Origin: Eledone cirrhosa
Taxonomy: Eukaryota
DNA: 64,000 bases
Assembly (NCBI GenBank): GCA_964016885.1
Contig: OZ024743.1
Location: 304,110,001-304,174,000, forward strand
Reading direction: 5' to 3'
In this document: positions 12,945-25,500 of the stretch, in pieces
How positions within the stretch are numbered: the stretch's first letter is position 1
Layout: the number at the start of each line of letters is the position of its first letter
The notes under the pieces: generated by a model
Database searches by the model: none
Told to the model about the DNA's origin: nothing
The model's input: only the letters and a program-made list of their open reading frames with translations
Position numbers and translations under genes: made by a program

Positions 12945-14570
12945 AACTAGGAGACCAAATGAATCTCCGCTACAGAGTTAAGATCAAAGTAAATAAATAC
13001 AATACAGAAGTAATAGAAACAAATAAATACATACACGCTAACAGATACGTACATACACAAGCATACGCAAAACTTTACCATAGGTATACAGAACCACGTA
13101 CATATAAATATGTGTGTGTGTGTATGCTTGTGTACAAATAAATAAATAATTATATAAACGTATATAAGTAAATAAATACGTATATAACAAGCGAACACAC
13201 ATACCTACATATAAATACACGAATGTTCGGAGACGTAAGTCAACTAAAACAAGAAGTACACATATACACACACCCACCATAAGTACGAACCTGCATACTC
13301 ACGCAGACGCAAAACTCCCGTATACACATAGCCAAACCCCAAATACCAGAATATATAAAAATTATACGTCATACCAGTCAAATATACGTACGAGAAGGTA
13401 TACATACCTTCACTAAACATACGGGTAATATATACTTACCTATGCAAATAAGTAAAGGAATAAACAAAACATATACTTAGCTCCCACATCAAGGCGTAAA
13501 ATATCCACGTATAGATCGTGCTATCCGTTTGGGTATAACGTGGGGCTGTAATACAGGAAAGTTTTGAGACAATGACTCCAAAAGTGTTCATATTAATTGA
13601 ATGTTGGTTTCTTTTATACGATTCGTAGGTTTTCTCCTACATTTCATAGGATTGGAAAAAGGGGGCAGTACCCATGACCTTCTGGGGACGATTGATACAA
13701 GAGAGACATATTAAGTTACAGCTTTAACTGTTGTGAGCCCATTCCTTTTAGAAAGGGAGGGTGTTCCAGAAATCCAATGCAGGGCTTAGCCTTTCATGCG
13801 GTGCATGCAGTTTTGAAAATCTGCCGTGAGAAAATGTTAGAATATTGGGTCGGGATTCAGTGTGGACGACCGCGCGTATGGGAGTCAGAAGCTGCAATGT
13901 GATAGTGAGGGAGTTCATGATAATTAGCCAAGTGGTGTTTAACTGAATGAGGTCTGGGATATCATGTAAGCAACAGCAGCCTTTACCTATATATATTAGA
14001 ATTACGCCATTGAGAGTCTACCTTCGGCTTTGTATTGATTTAGTGAGTGTCGGTGGATGAAGTCTCTGAAATACTATCAATGTTATTGTATGTGTGTTCG
14101 TCTTGAGAGACATTCGGTGATTGTGAGCTATTGGGAATAATCAGCGCTGCTCGTGATGTAAAAGCGCGAGGATTTAGCATGAAATATAATAGTGTCATAT
14201 TTATCCCGGAGAGCAAAATAAAATATAACTGGATTGAGGAACGCGACATTTTAGAGAAATATATTAATGCTTGTTCAGTTGTCACTAATAGCAGTCGAAT
14301 GCGTATAAATGGTTTGTTTTATTAAATGCAATGATGAACAAAAGGCTCACCAAAGGTGTGAGTTTTAAGCAGAAAGACATTAATTCTTTCTAATGTTACT
14401 TTCTTCACAGCAGTCAAGATATATTGAAATTATATCATTTCATGCACCCACCCCTCCCTCTCTTTCTCTCTTTCTCTCTATCTCTCTCTCTTTCTCTCGC
14501 TCTCTCTCTCTCTCAGCCCTTTCTCTATGTCATACAGAGTCTATGTCGCTCATTCACTCGCCATACCATA

Positions 14571-15240
14571 TACGAGGTCTGTCCGCAATAAAGGGAATTG
14601 AGTTTACCATGTACGACAGGGTAATGCAGCACATCGCTCATGTCAAAACCCACGTTGCTGAGGATCATGGTTGCACGCACTGACATACTCGTTTCAATAT
14701 GATCGAGTAAGCCGGTCGTGAGTTATTGCAGTTTATGTACATACATGTTTATAACATCTGTTTCTTTTGCGATCCAGGGAAGTATCTAACAACGGTATGC
14801 CATCAAATATTGTGTGAAACTGAATAAATCTGCTACTGAAACATTTAATTGTTTAAACAAGCATATGGAGTGTTCCTCTATCGAGATATAAGAGTTTGAA
14901 GTAGAACAAATCTTTGAAAGAAGGCCAAGAATATGATGAAGACGAATTTCATTCTGGAAAGCTAATCTTTCAACAAATAATACATGGAAGACGGCGAAAT
15001 TCACCGATTATATTGTATTGAAGGCCGTGGAATGGTTTACAAAGCCGTTTTACTTCCAGGACAGGCTGTTAATCCAACCATGTACAAAATTGTTTTGGAA
15101 CGACTTCAAAATTAGATCCAAAATGATATTGAAGGGGCTTAGGTACTGGCACACGATACGCGCCAAATAGCACAAATTGAGAATTTCTGCCAAGGAAAAA
15201 TATTCTCACTCTTCCAAATCCTCCCTAAAGGCCATAATAA
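14571..15240 (+). mobile_element. Decayed mariner transposon remnant
   Basis: Begins TACGAGGTCTGT (mariner-type end). Sequence from ~15050 translates LLPGQAVNPTMYKIVLERL, typical of mariner transposase. Right end unclear. Confidence 0.55.
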
Positions 15241-15321
15241 ATTGAACCAACATGTGCGTGTTTTTTATTGGCAATATGAGCCTCACAAACTATAAATATC
15301 AATATATATATATATATATAT

Positions 15322-15600
15322 TGTTATTGATATATTTAGGAGGGCCATGCTGCCAATAAAAAGCACACGCACCGGTTGGTTTTCACTTCAATTTATTGTA
15401 AATTTCTGGTGGGTTGTTGGTTGGTTTGATAACCGGATGATTGGGTATATATTGTCAAAGCTCTTTTGTCACTTATTCTGTGTGATGAAACAACCATCTG
15501 GTTACCGAAGCAAGCAAGCAACCAACCGGAAATTTACAGGTGCGTGTGTTTTTATTGGTAGCATGACCCTCCCAAACTAGAACAATATCTGTATCAATAC
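15322..15600. repeat. Foldback element next to (TA)n, with diverged ~130-bp inverted arms; another copy of the terminus at ~15252-15302
   Basis: gagggccatgctgccaataaaaagcacacgcacc pairs with ggtgcgtgtgtttttattggtagcatgaccctc, and tgtaaatttctggt pairs with accggaaatttaca. Confidence 0.7.
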
Positions 15601-17434
15601 ACGTTTTCAGATAACAAATCTTGAAAAACAAATTCCAAAACGAAGTACATATATATATATATAGAGAGAGAGAGAGAAAGAGAAAAATGTACAACCCCGA
15701 CGGCAGAGCTCAAGCTGTTTCGCCGGCTATATATATATGCGTGTGTGTGTGTGTGGGTGGATTTACAGTAAAAAGAAAATAAGCTCTTGATATATTAACT
15801 TAGATGCAACTCGTGTTGGAGGGAATATTTTGTAGGATAACATGATATAGGTTGTGTGCGAAAGAATATTGTCACTTAAATATCTACAGATTTTTTTCTG
15901 ATTACTCAACTGGCGTCGATATCATTACAGCTATCTGCTGGGCTCATTTGAAGGTTCACTTCCATGTAACCAGATGTCCATGGCTCAGCAGGAGCTACTA
16001 TAAAGCACGCACGTGATAACTGCTATAACACTCGTAGGCAGCTAGGAAAAATGACTGCATGTCTAGTGAAATTTCCCTATCAGATATCAACAAATATGAA
16101 GTTGCTATTAGCAATATTCAATGAACAATGAAAAAAAACATCCCTGCTTAAATATTCTTTTACGTCGAAGTTATTTTGACAACACGAGTAAACAACAAAG
16201 AACCAAAGTACAGTGTTGTGTTATGTGAGTGTGATTGGGTTTGCATGAATGCGCAATAGTCTCAAAAGATACATGACACTAACTGCTCGATGACCGAAAG
16301 TGCCATTGATGAGTATCTGTTAAGAACTACATTGTTATAGTTGCTGGAAAAACGTAAGTTGCACTCACGGCTGGACCGTAGCGACAGCCTATTTAACTCG
16401 AAAAAAGTATGAAAATATAACATCGTATATAATTTTAATCTAACTCGTTCACATTATGTTTTACCGGTCTGATCTATTCATTTCTCTTTGCAAGAGAGAC
16501 AAACTATACTGTATTTCAGATTTTATATTTTGCAGTTCAATTGTATAATTAATTTAAATGTTTATCTGTATTTGCAATTACAAATTGTGAAAAGGATGCC
16601 CCAAAACCGTATTCCTTTCTCCTTGTTTTCTGTTTTTAATCCAATCGTATGGAGGGCGTTTTATATTATGAAATGTTTGCTGCTCGCTTTTACATTAATA
16701 CTTACCATTTCTACTTCTACATAACCTCTCTCTGTCTTTACCCCCCCCCTACACATTCACTCTAATATATAATTCACCACGCCTTCGCATTCTCAATGAG
16801 GTACTTACACCGTAGACTCCTGCACTAACATACCGTTTCTTGCCTCTTCCTTCTCTATTCCTCTTCAGCATATATCCTTCCAAATCCCATGTCTAGTCCA
16901 TGAGGTCTTACCACAATCCAGTTCATCATTTCCACTTTCTCCATCTAACTCTTCTTATTGACACCTTGTTGTTGACCCATTTCATATGATATGCATCTCC
17001 GTTTCCACAGGTTGTAACCATTGTAACTGCTTATGGGTTCAACATTTATTTGTTCCTACATTTTCTCTCATTTCCTATTTTCTTCTTTTATTCCTCATTG
17101 ATGAAAAATGTAACCGGAAAGATCAGATCCATCCACTTTCTATATAGTTATGACTCGAATATGGCCTGTCACAACAATACAACTGAATTCACGAGTCATC
17201 TCCGAATCAACTATATTCTCTAATCTTTATTTCTCTTTGCAGTATAAACTGTTATTGATTTACTAATTAGCCATGTGGTACTGAGATACAATATTTCTCA
17301 AGGGTCAGAACATTTTTGGTGGTGGGTTGTATATCAAAAAACAACACACATTTTTTTAAATCACGTACATATTGTTTATCTACCGTTGTTTTACTAATCA
17401 TGTGTGAGAGTTTATATGCTTTTCCCTTGCCATT

Positions 17435-17550
17435 CTGAGTTCAAATCCCGCCGAGGTTAACTTTGCCTTTCATCCTTACGGGGTCGATAAAATAAAGTAC
17501 CAGTAATACACTGGGTAATTGTTGGCCTTGTGCCTAACGTAGAAACAATT
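17435..17550 (+). mobile_element. tRNA-derived SINE (octopus OK-like), 3' part
   Basis: GAGTTCAAATCCCGCCGAGG (B-box-like), then CTTTGCCTTTCATCCTTACGGGGTCGATAAA and GGCCTTGTGCCTAACGTAGAAACAATT. Repeated ~10 times in the window; family name recalled, not searched. Confidence 0.8.
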
Positions 17551-17718
17551 ATGGAGTTGTGAATGAATGCTAATATACTTGAGTGCAAGTAGTATCATAT
17601 AGTATAGTACTGATTAGATATGTCCATAAGTTATTTTTATTCGTTATTAACGTACAAATAAAAGAAAAACAACAGAAATAATGATAAATGATTAAATATT
17701 TTTATTTACCGATAAATT

Positions 17719-19542
17719 TCAAAGTTGATAAATTTCAATTGTTGGCTTGGGTATCATTCTTGTGATAACAAGTTGCTTCTCAGAACGATTTATATCCAAA
17801 GCTACAGGCATTAGGATCTGTGATGAAGGAGTAAGGTAGTTAATGAAGTTACCGAATAGATCGAAACGTAAAATGTTTGAGCGTCCAAGTTCTGTGAGGT
17901 ACATGTATTCAGTATCAGAACAAACACCACCAGGTCCTTCAATTGGTTGTCCGTCAATGTGTTTGATGAGGAATTTTTTATTACCCGATCGATCGATACC
18001 GTACAGTAAACCAGCTCTGTAGCACGATAGAACGATATTATCATCAGGTGTTATTGTCATGTAACAAGGATCTGATTTAGAGACAGAGGCAATATCAAGA
18101 AAGAATTGTTGTAGAGGTTTGGCTCTATTATCAATAATGAAGACAACTTCGATAACAGGTTTTTCTAAGCATTTGCAAATTAACCTTCCATCATAGCCTT
18201 TGGCAATAGCACTGTACTTAATCTTGCATTGGATTCTTTGATATTTCCTTAGGAAATTCAACATGCACATGACATTTGCAACAAAATTTCGTGAAAATTT
18301 AATGATGCACAATTGTAGTTCGTTAGGTAGAGAAACAATTGCGAAGTTATGTGAGTGAATGCACAAACCATGCGGTTGACTTTTAAAATCAAATCTATTA
18401 ATTTGATTTCCTTTTGGACAGAACTGTAAGATTCCGTGTTTATTGTCAGACATTAGATATCCCCCTCCAGGAATGATACAAATTAAATTTAAAATTGATG
18501 TAAAAACACTTTCGTCATCGGAGGAAAATTCTGTAATTTTTTGTAAGTTTATAATATTTGGATATTTCATCTCTTTTCCTTGAGATTTTTTCATTTCTTT
18601 TGTGTGCTCTATTTTCTCAATAAATACGTCGTCGTCGTAACTAACATGACCGAATTGACATTTTTCTAAATCTTCCAGGGCTTGTGAAAATTGTGATGTA
18701 ATATTTAAACATAAGACTCTTCGCGTTAAACGGTAGTCAGAAGAATGAAATCCGCTTATACATTTCCTTAGAGGAAAATAAGACATAACAAATTTGGAAG
18801 CAGTTTTCTCTTTCAACACATCAGAAACTTTATCTATACAATTTTTTATGGATTCTATTTTTTCTTTGTAATTCTCTTCATAAATACGAAGTTTCTCCAA
18901 TTCAACATTCATCATACTTGTGGCGTCTTTATTTAGTAAATCTCCTTTAGATGTTATCATTCGAACGATATCTTTGACGTGTGTGTCTACTTTATTCGAT
19001 ATTTTCTCTTTATCACTCAGAATATTTTCTTTCTCTAAGTGTAATTCTTTAAGTTTCTTATTTTGTTTTCCTCGCAAATCCTTCAGAAATTTCAAGTGAT
19101 TCTCAGCTTCGATTCGTTTTGATATGGCAGCTTGACTTATTGATAAAACACCTTTACAGTTTTGGTGCTTCTCGCTGCGACATTCACTGCATATAACCTC
19201 TTCACAAAACGCGCAAAACAAGTTTATTTCATTGTTATCATGACACATACAATTCATAACAGTATCAAAAGAAACCATTTCTTGTATCTGAACGATCCGA
19301 AAGTCATTATGATAGGTTTTCGCCCATTCTTCTATTGATACACTACGATCTAGTGGGTAGGTTACAGCTTTGCAGATTGGACAATGGAAATAACCAAATT
19401 GTAAGCAAATTTGTTTATTATTATTGATATGATCCTGTAGGCAACCCACGCAAAAGCAATGGTGACAGGGAAGTCCTTTCGGTTTGTCAAACTGACTGAA
19501 GCATATGGAACATTCTAGATCCGTTAAACTCAAGGACGCCAT
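17719..19542 (-). CDS. Tripartite-motif (TRIM) E3 ubiquitin ligase: RING, B-box2, coiled coil, NHL-like beta-propeller (TRIM2/3/56/71-like), 607 aa, single coding exon
   Basis: C3HC4 RING CSIC..CHHCFCVGC..CPIC; B-box CMCH..LFCAFCEEVICSEC..H; helical middle region; propeller-like repeats (PHGLCI, PCYMTI, GPGGVCSD, PVALDI). Uninterrupted ORF. ATG lies 17 nt after a TTTTCAG acceptor. AATAAA at 17701-17706 and 17636-17641. Confidence 0.9.
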   Translation of the reverse strand: MASLSLTDLECSICFSQFDKPKGLPCHHCFCVGCLQDHINNNKQICLQFGYFHCPICKAVTYPLDRSVSIEEWAKTYHNDFRIVQIQEMVSFDTVMNCMCHDNNEINLFCAFCEEVICSECRSEKHQNCKGVLSISQAAISKRIEAENHLKFLKDLRGKQNKKLKELHLEKENILSDKEKISNKVDTHVKDIVRMITSKGDLLNKDATSMMNVELEKLRIYEENYKEKIESIKNCIDKVSDVLKEKTASKFVMSYFPLRKCISGFHSSDYRLTRRVLCLNITSQFSQALEDLEKCQFGHVSYDDDVFIEKIEHTKEMKKSQGKEMKYPNIINLQKITEFSSDDESVFTSILNLICIIPGGGYLMSDNKHGILQFCPKGNQINRFDFKSQPHGLCIHSHNFAIVSLPNELQLCIIKFSRNFVANVMCMLNFLRKYQRIQCKIKYSAIAKGYDGRLICKCLEKPVIEVVFIIDNRAKPLQQFFLDIASVSKSDPCYMTITPDDNIVLSCYRAGLLYGIDRSGNKKFLIKHIDGQPIEGPGGVCSDTEYMYLTELGRSNILRFDLFGNFINYLTPSSQILMPVALDINRSEKQLVITRMIPKPTIEIYQL

Positions 19543-19559
19543 TAGTTCGTAGGATGTAT

Positions 19560-19580
19560 CTGAAAACAGTATTAATAATA
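19560..19580 (-). promoter_or_regulatory. Splice acceptor of the TRIM coding exon (exon starts at 19559)
   Basis: Minus strand TATTAATACTGTTTTCAG|ATACATCCTACGAACTAATG. Confidence 0.7.
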
Positions 19581-19658
19581 CAGAATAAATAATAAATATA
19601 ATACATAGAATAATCATAATAATCAAATTGACAACAACAACAATAATAATAATAATAA

Positions 19659-19695
19659 TTGTTTCTACTTTAGCCACAAGGCCAGCAATTACCCA

Positions 19696-19697
<2 letters not shown>
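19659..19697 (-). mobile_element. SINE 3'-end fragment with (ATT)n tail
   Basis: Matches the 3' end of the SINE at 31321 (ttgtttctactttag.cacaaggccagcaatt). Confidence 0.75.

Positions 19698-19733
<36 letters not shown>
19698..19733. repeat. (AAT)12 tract
   Basis: Direct reading. Confidence 0.95.
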
Positions 19734-19735
<2 letters not shown>

Positions 19736-22700
19736 TTTCATTTATTGGCCACAAGGGTCGACATATAGCGGACAATACAAAAGACTAGGACAGTGGGGTT
19801 TACAGAAAAATCGAGTAAACAATATGAATAAACAAAGTAAAAATAACAAAGTAACAATAAAGAAACAATAAAATTACAACAAGAAAAAATTCCCCAATAG
19901 GGGGGATGACCACCTAGGGTTCGCTCAGGTAGCCCACCAGTCCTGAACGACCCGAAGGGCACAACTCTCCTCTTCAAATTTACCTACCTACAGCCGCATG
20001 ACCAGAGTAGGCCCACTTACACGGGCTATTCTTTCCACATTCGCCCACCTTTCAGCAAATGTACTGGGGGGGGGGCAACACTTCTCTCTGCACCCTCACC
20101 TTCCTTTCCAAGTGAAACTTGAAAATGTTGATGAGGAATTGGCCGAAGAGAAAAGTGTCTGTCTTCAGTCCTTTCAACCTCGTCCACCATACAACCTCTT
20201 TCGCTACTGCCACCAGACAGAGGAAAAGTGCCTGCCCTTCCTAACCAAAAAAAGGCGGCGGGTCGACCTTCTCTATGGACTCGGCCGATAGCCGGATCCG
20301 TTCTACACGCGACAACAGCTGTTCAACATAACTCCACAAATCAGTAATGCACGGACACTGGCCGAGTGTGTGCAGAACGGTTTCGTCGCTCTGTGCGCAT
20401 CTCGGGCAGGTCCATCTGACAGCACTTCCGTGACTGTAGAGTTTATCTCAAACCGGCAGTTCCCCCCGGTAGCACTGCCAAGCGAGGGATTTTTGGAAAT
20501 GATCTATTGTCCCCGGCTCGAAAGTCCTCTGGTACGGTCTAGTTAGTTCGACTTCATTGACTCCCAGAGCCTCTCCGAGGGCGTCGTCGCACTGTGCCAC
20601 CACTAATCCTCTATAGAACTCGACAGTGGAAGTTCCACTGACCGTATTGCCCGCCTGGTAGAGGTCAGTGAGTGCCTGGCAACATTCCAGATGCCAGTCA
20701 ACCAGTCTCGGTCTCTTCTTGACCCAGGACTGCAACTCAGTCAAAGAAACGATCTGCGGAAAGGCCCGTCTGACAAACGGCCACCACAACTGTTCACCGT
20801 TTAGGCAGAATATCTGGAGATGCCGCAGCGTCAGCGAGTGCCTGCGCATCATGAGCCACGGCATGCCCAGCCCTCCACGTAGAGGGTGCTGGAAGCAGAT
20901 GGATCGCCTCACCAGCGGAACCTGAGCCCTCGACAAGGATTTGAAGAGGAGCCGCTCCAAGATAGCGAGGCGCGAACGGGGGCAAGGGATGACAGTCAGA
21001 GGGTAGAAGATGACGGACGCGATGTACGCGTTCGTCACCTCCACCCGACCTATCAGTGATAGCTTCATCCCAGCCCATTTCTGGGCGAGAATGACTACCC
21101 TGCCCGTCACCTCGTCGCTATTCGTATCCACCTGGAGGTATGGCCCGAACCAAACCCCTAGCAATTTTACCGGTCCGTCCGTCCAGCGCCTAACGACGCT
21201 GTTGGAGGGCATGGGCTTGCCTCTCCAGGTGCCGAGTTGCAAGCCTACTGACTTTACCGGGTTACGTTTTGCTCCCGTCAACCTTTCATATTCCTCCAAT
21301 AAGTTGCCGACCACCTCGATTTCTGAGGTGTCCGACACCATCACGGTGATGTCGTCCGCATAAGCCGACTCAGCCTTTCCGCGTCCCGGTTCGAACGGGA
21401 TGCCCTGCAACAGCTCCAGCTTCCGCAGTAAAGGCTCGAGAGAGTCAATACGTACAGAAGGGAGGAGAGAGGGCACCCTTGACGGACCGATCGGTAGACA
21501 TGAAACGGTTCCGAAAGGTGGCCATTAATTTTGACCATCGAGCAGGTGCCGCTGTGCATTGCAGCGATCCAGCTTCTGAAGACGGGGCCGAAGCCAGCCG
21601 CCTTGAGGACAGCCTCCAGGTACCGATGGTCGACCCTATCGAATGCTTTCAATTGATCTAAATTGATAAGAGCCCCACCGAAGCCAGGTTTACACCCTAC
21701 CCTCTCTATGATGTATCGTATTAGATGGAGGTTGTCGTGTATGGACCTGGTACGGATTGCGCAAGTTTGCGCCTCCCCAACCAAATCACCGACGACAATC
21801 GCCAACCTCTTCGGTAGCACCCTGGCCAAAATCTTAAACTCTGTTTTGAGCAGAGTTATGGGCCTGAAATTGTCTGTGTCCCTCTTGTTCTCGGCTTTCC
21901 TTATCAGCGTCACTACGCCCCGGCTCAGAGAACTGGGAATACTCCCGTTTTGCTGCCAGTTGCAGTAGAGGGCTTCGAGGAGATTTGACAACAAGTCTGG
22001 CATATTTACGTAAAGCTCGTAGGGCAGACCATCCAAACCGGGTGAATTGCGCCTCATGCAGCCTACAAGGGCATTCTGAATCTCGGCTGAAGTAATTGGC
22101 CTTTCTCAGCGCCCAGCGCCAGCCGTCGAGAGCTGCGGCAAGCCATAGTGGTAGGGACTGAAGTCCGCCACCATCTCTGACCCGCCACTTCCTCCGAACA
22201 TCCGAGCAAAATGTTGGCGAAAGGCCTCACACATCCTCTTGGAATTGTTCATCTCGTGCCCGCCTCGGTCCGTTAAAAACCGAGTCGTGGTTTTATTACC
22301 ACGCTGCGCCTCTGCCACGTGGGCCCATCGAACAGCTTTGGTTCCCTCGTTTCTCAGAGCACGCGCCTTAGCTCTGAAAATTCACCTTTCGTGTTTCGCA
22401 TTGAAGAAATGGTCTAATGCCATTCTCGCCGCTAGCACACCAGTTGCAATGCCACTACCAATAGCCTCGTCTAATTTATTTACCAACTCCCCCTCCTTTC
22501 TATTTTTCTCTAATGCTACAGTTTTGCTAAACTCTATCAACATTAATCTAATCTCTCTTTTGAGAGCCCCCCACCCTCTATTGTTGACGACTCCTCCTGT
22601 CAACTTTTTCTTAATTAAATTATTGACATGGGCCCTGTAAGCCTTACGTGCCGGAAATGACATGTTTAGCTTCCAGTGTGGTCCTAACCTACGCGTCTTA

Positions 22701-25479
22701 TCTAGGTCGACCATACAGATCAGAAACTTGTGATCTCAATAGGCGACCGTTACAGAACGTGGACAGCTTACACTATTTCTGTCTATTTTCCTAATGCATA
22801 TCCTGTCTATATACGATCTAGATGACCCTATGCGGTTATCCCAGGTCCACACTGGCGCATTAGGGAAATCTAGTCGGTACCTGTCCGACAGCTGGAACTG
22901 GCTTCTCAGGTTCTTGAGGCTTTTGCACTCCCCGCTCCTGTCGTATACTCCCACATAGTCCCAGCGTGCGTCTAAGATGCCGTTCCAGTTCCCTGCTAAC
23001 AGTAAAAGGCGAGAAGTACCCAGAGAGGCTTCCAGGCGTCTAAAGTAGTCCGGCATCCCTGCCCCGGTAGGAGCATGGACTGCCACCAGTCTAAAGGCAC
23101 CACCTTCATTACTGTTCACGTCCAAGACCACCAACTTCCCCTGTCGGAAATCCTGGTCTCGCTGACTGCAATTACATTAATTTCTATAGACCTGAGGTCG
23201 TTGAGCAGGTGACCCTGCTTCCAGGACGATCCCAGGCCTCGAACATTTAAACATCCTACTCTTAATACGGCCATGTTGGCAGGTTAAACAGAGAGAGAGG
23301 AAGGTTTATTTACCTTCCGGACTCTTGTGAAGGTCGGGTTGTTCGACCTCCATAGTTAGTGGGGTTTCTTTTGGGAACACCTTTAAAAGTCTTGAAGAGG
23401 GTTTTACATTCGGGTTCCCCACGTCCCGAGGAAAGCTGTCTCGGATTTCTTTGAATATGTCAAGCGACATTCGCACCAGAACCAAATCTTCCGGCACGCT
23501 AAATGTGCTCGATTTAAAAGTTTCCCCCTCTTTTTGTATATTTTCACTTCGTGCCACGAGAGCCATCAGTTCCTTGTTGGCCCTCCTGACGAGTACGAAG
23601 TTTTGTATGTTTTGTAGGTGTGATTTTAAATGTTTGCGTGGCTGTGGTGGTGATGGTTTTGGTGGTGTTGTTTCGGTTGTATCTGTGTTTGTTGTGAGTG
23701 CGGTGTCTATGGTTTCAGATGTTTGTGTGTATATTTGTTCTTGCGTCTGTTTCAGTTGTTTGCGTTTGGGGGATTCTTGTGATGGCGATGGTGGTGTTGA
23801 TGTTGGTGTTATTGGAGAGATGTTTGCGTGGGTGGTGTCTGCGTTTTTAATTGTGGGTGCTTTTGAACTTTGTTGAGTTTTTTTTTTCTTTTTGTGTTTC
23901 CTTTTTTTGTATTTTGGGAGAATTGGGATTTCCCTCATTTTCACTACTGGTAGATGAGGGGTCTGGTGTCTGTAAGTGTGTCTGTATGTATGTTTAAGGT
24001 TTTATTGGTGTGTGTATTTTTGGGGTGAGGGGGAATTTGACAGCTTTCCTCGTTTCCCACCTGGGTGGTCAATGTTGGTGGTGGTCTTTCTATTGATGTT
24101 GTTGTTGATGGTTTTGCCGGTGCAGGTGTTGGTTGTGGTCCTCGCCCCGCGCGTCGGCTGCAGTGGAGCCTTTCGACCCTTTGCCTCTTTCCACAGTTGA
24201 GGGCAGAAGGCTCGCAAATGGGTTTTTCCCCACAAACAAAACACTGCGGCCTTTTGCCTTCGGTCATAATGTGAATGACAGACCCATTCTGAAGGCGGGT
24301 GTGGTCTGGGTATGTCTTCACATTCTTGGGCCTGATCTGGAGAAGGATCTCCAGGTCAACCCCGGACGAATGCTCTCTGGCCGTTCTGGTCACTTATATA
24401 GGGATTGTATCCGTCCCCTCCACAATTACACATCCCAGAAGCCACCACATGTCAAGTCCTGGTGGGATTCTGGGAATGCGCAGACGGGCCGTTCTTTTTC
24501 TCATGTGGGAGGGGTACATTATGACCTTGCTGGTTTTGCAAGGAGTCATGGCGTATTTCATAGCAAGAGCTTCTGACTTGAACAACACCGAAATGGTGCC
24601 GTACTGTCTGCCCCTCTCTATGTACTGGGTGTCTTCTCTGATGGGTGTCTTCTCAGCGCAACTTCGACATATTCTTGTGGGATTAAAGTTGCCCTTTTGG
24701 TTTGTGCTGAGATGCATCTATAATGCACCGTTTTGCGCTCCACTGCCTCAATAGCTTCTACCGGGACAGTTAAGTTGGCCCAAGTTTGCCCTTGCTTGAT
24801 GAGCTTCCATGCCTGGGCCAACTTTTCATCTTTGTTTGAGAGGTCCATGTTGAATCATGGCCTCTTCTTTGCTGCTGCCGCAACGAAAGTGTTCTTCTTA
24901 TTGTCGTTGTGAGTGTTGCTGTCGTTGTTCTTGTTGGTTTGTTGTTATCACTGTCGCTGTTATCATTGTTGTATTTGGTGCCGCCGTTGTTCTAAGTGCA
25001 GTTGGTATTGTTGCTGTTGGTGTTGTCGCTATTGGTTTTCATGCTAGTGGTGTTGATATTGTTATTGCATTTGTCATTATTTCTGTTATCTGTATTTTCG
25101 TTGTCGCTGCTACTGTCATTTTTTTCAAAATTAGAGTTCTCAGTGTTGTTATAATTGCTGTCTTTGTTCACATTGTTTGTGGTGGTGTTTGTTGTATCAA
25201 TTTCTGTTAAATTTGCCGTAGCGCTCCTCTCAACTTCTACGTCGTTGTCGCACGGGAGCCATGGCTCAGCCATGTTTTTTTTTCTTCGTAAATTTTTTAA
25301 CATGGAAAAAAAATTTCAAATAATTGGGCCAAAAGGCCCAAATATTATACTTTCCCCTTCGCGGGGCAAAGTCTAAGAGCTTATATCCCTTACACAACAA
25401 GAAATATTTAACAAAAAATAATGTAAACAGGCAAATAAAGCGACTTACAGAGAGCGAGCAAAATACGTCCGCTTAGACC
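19734..25479 (-). mobile_element. Tx1-clade LINE, family B copy 2, full-length ends, frameshifted
   Basis: Termini match B1. ORF1 fragments 23306-24848 include the knuckle CFVCGE/KTHLRAFCP. EN 22736-23274. RT 20448-22057 (YADD). Confidence 0.93.
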
Positions 25480-25500
25480 AATAATAATAATAATAATAAT
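25480..25500. repeat. (AAT)7 tract joining the B2 5' end to the A2 3' end
   Basis: Direct reading. Confidence 0.95.

Noticed and set aside
16780-17250. Possible decayed RTE-like fragment on the minus strand
   Set aside because: Only a vague resemblance; no motif could be read confidently.
19543-19677. Hydrophobic 45-aa N-terminal extension of the TRIM ORF (looks like a transmembrane or signal segment)
   Set aside because: It is translated intron, (ATT/GTT)n repeat and SINE tail. A TTTTCAG acceptor lies at 19560, just before the ATG at 19542.
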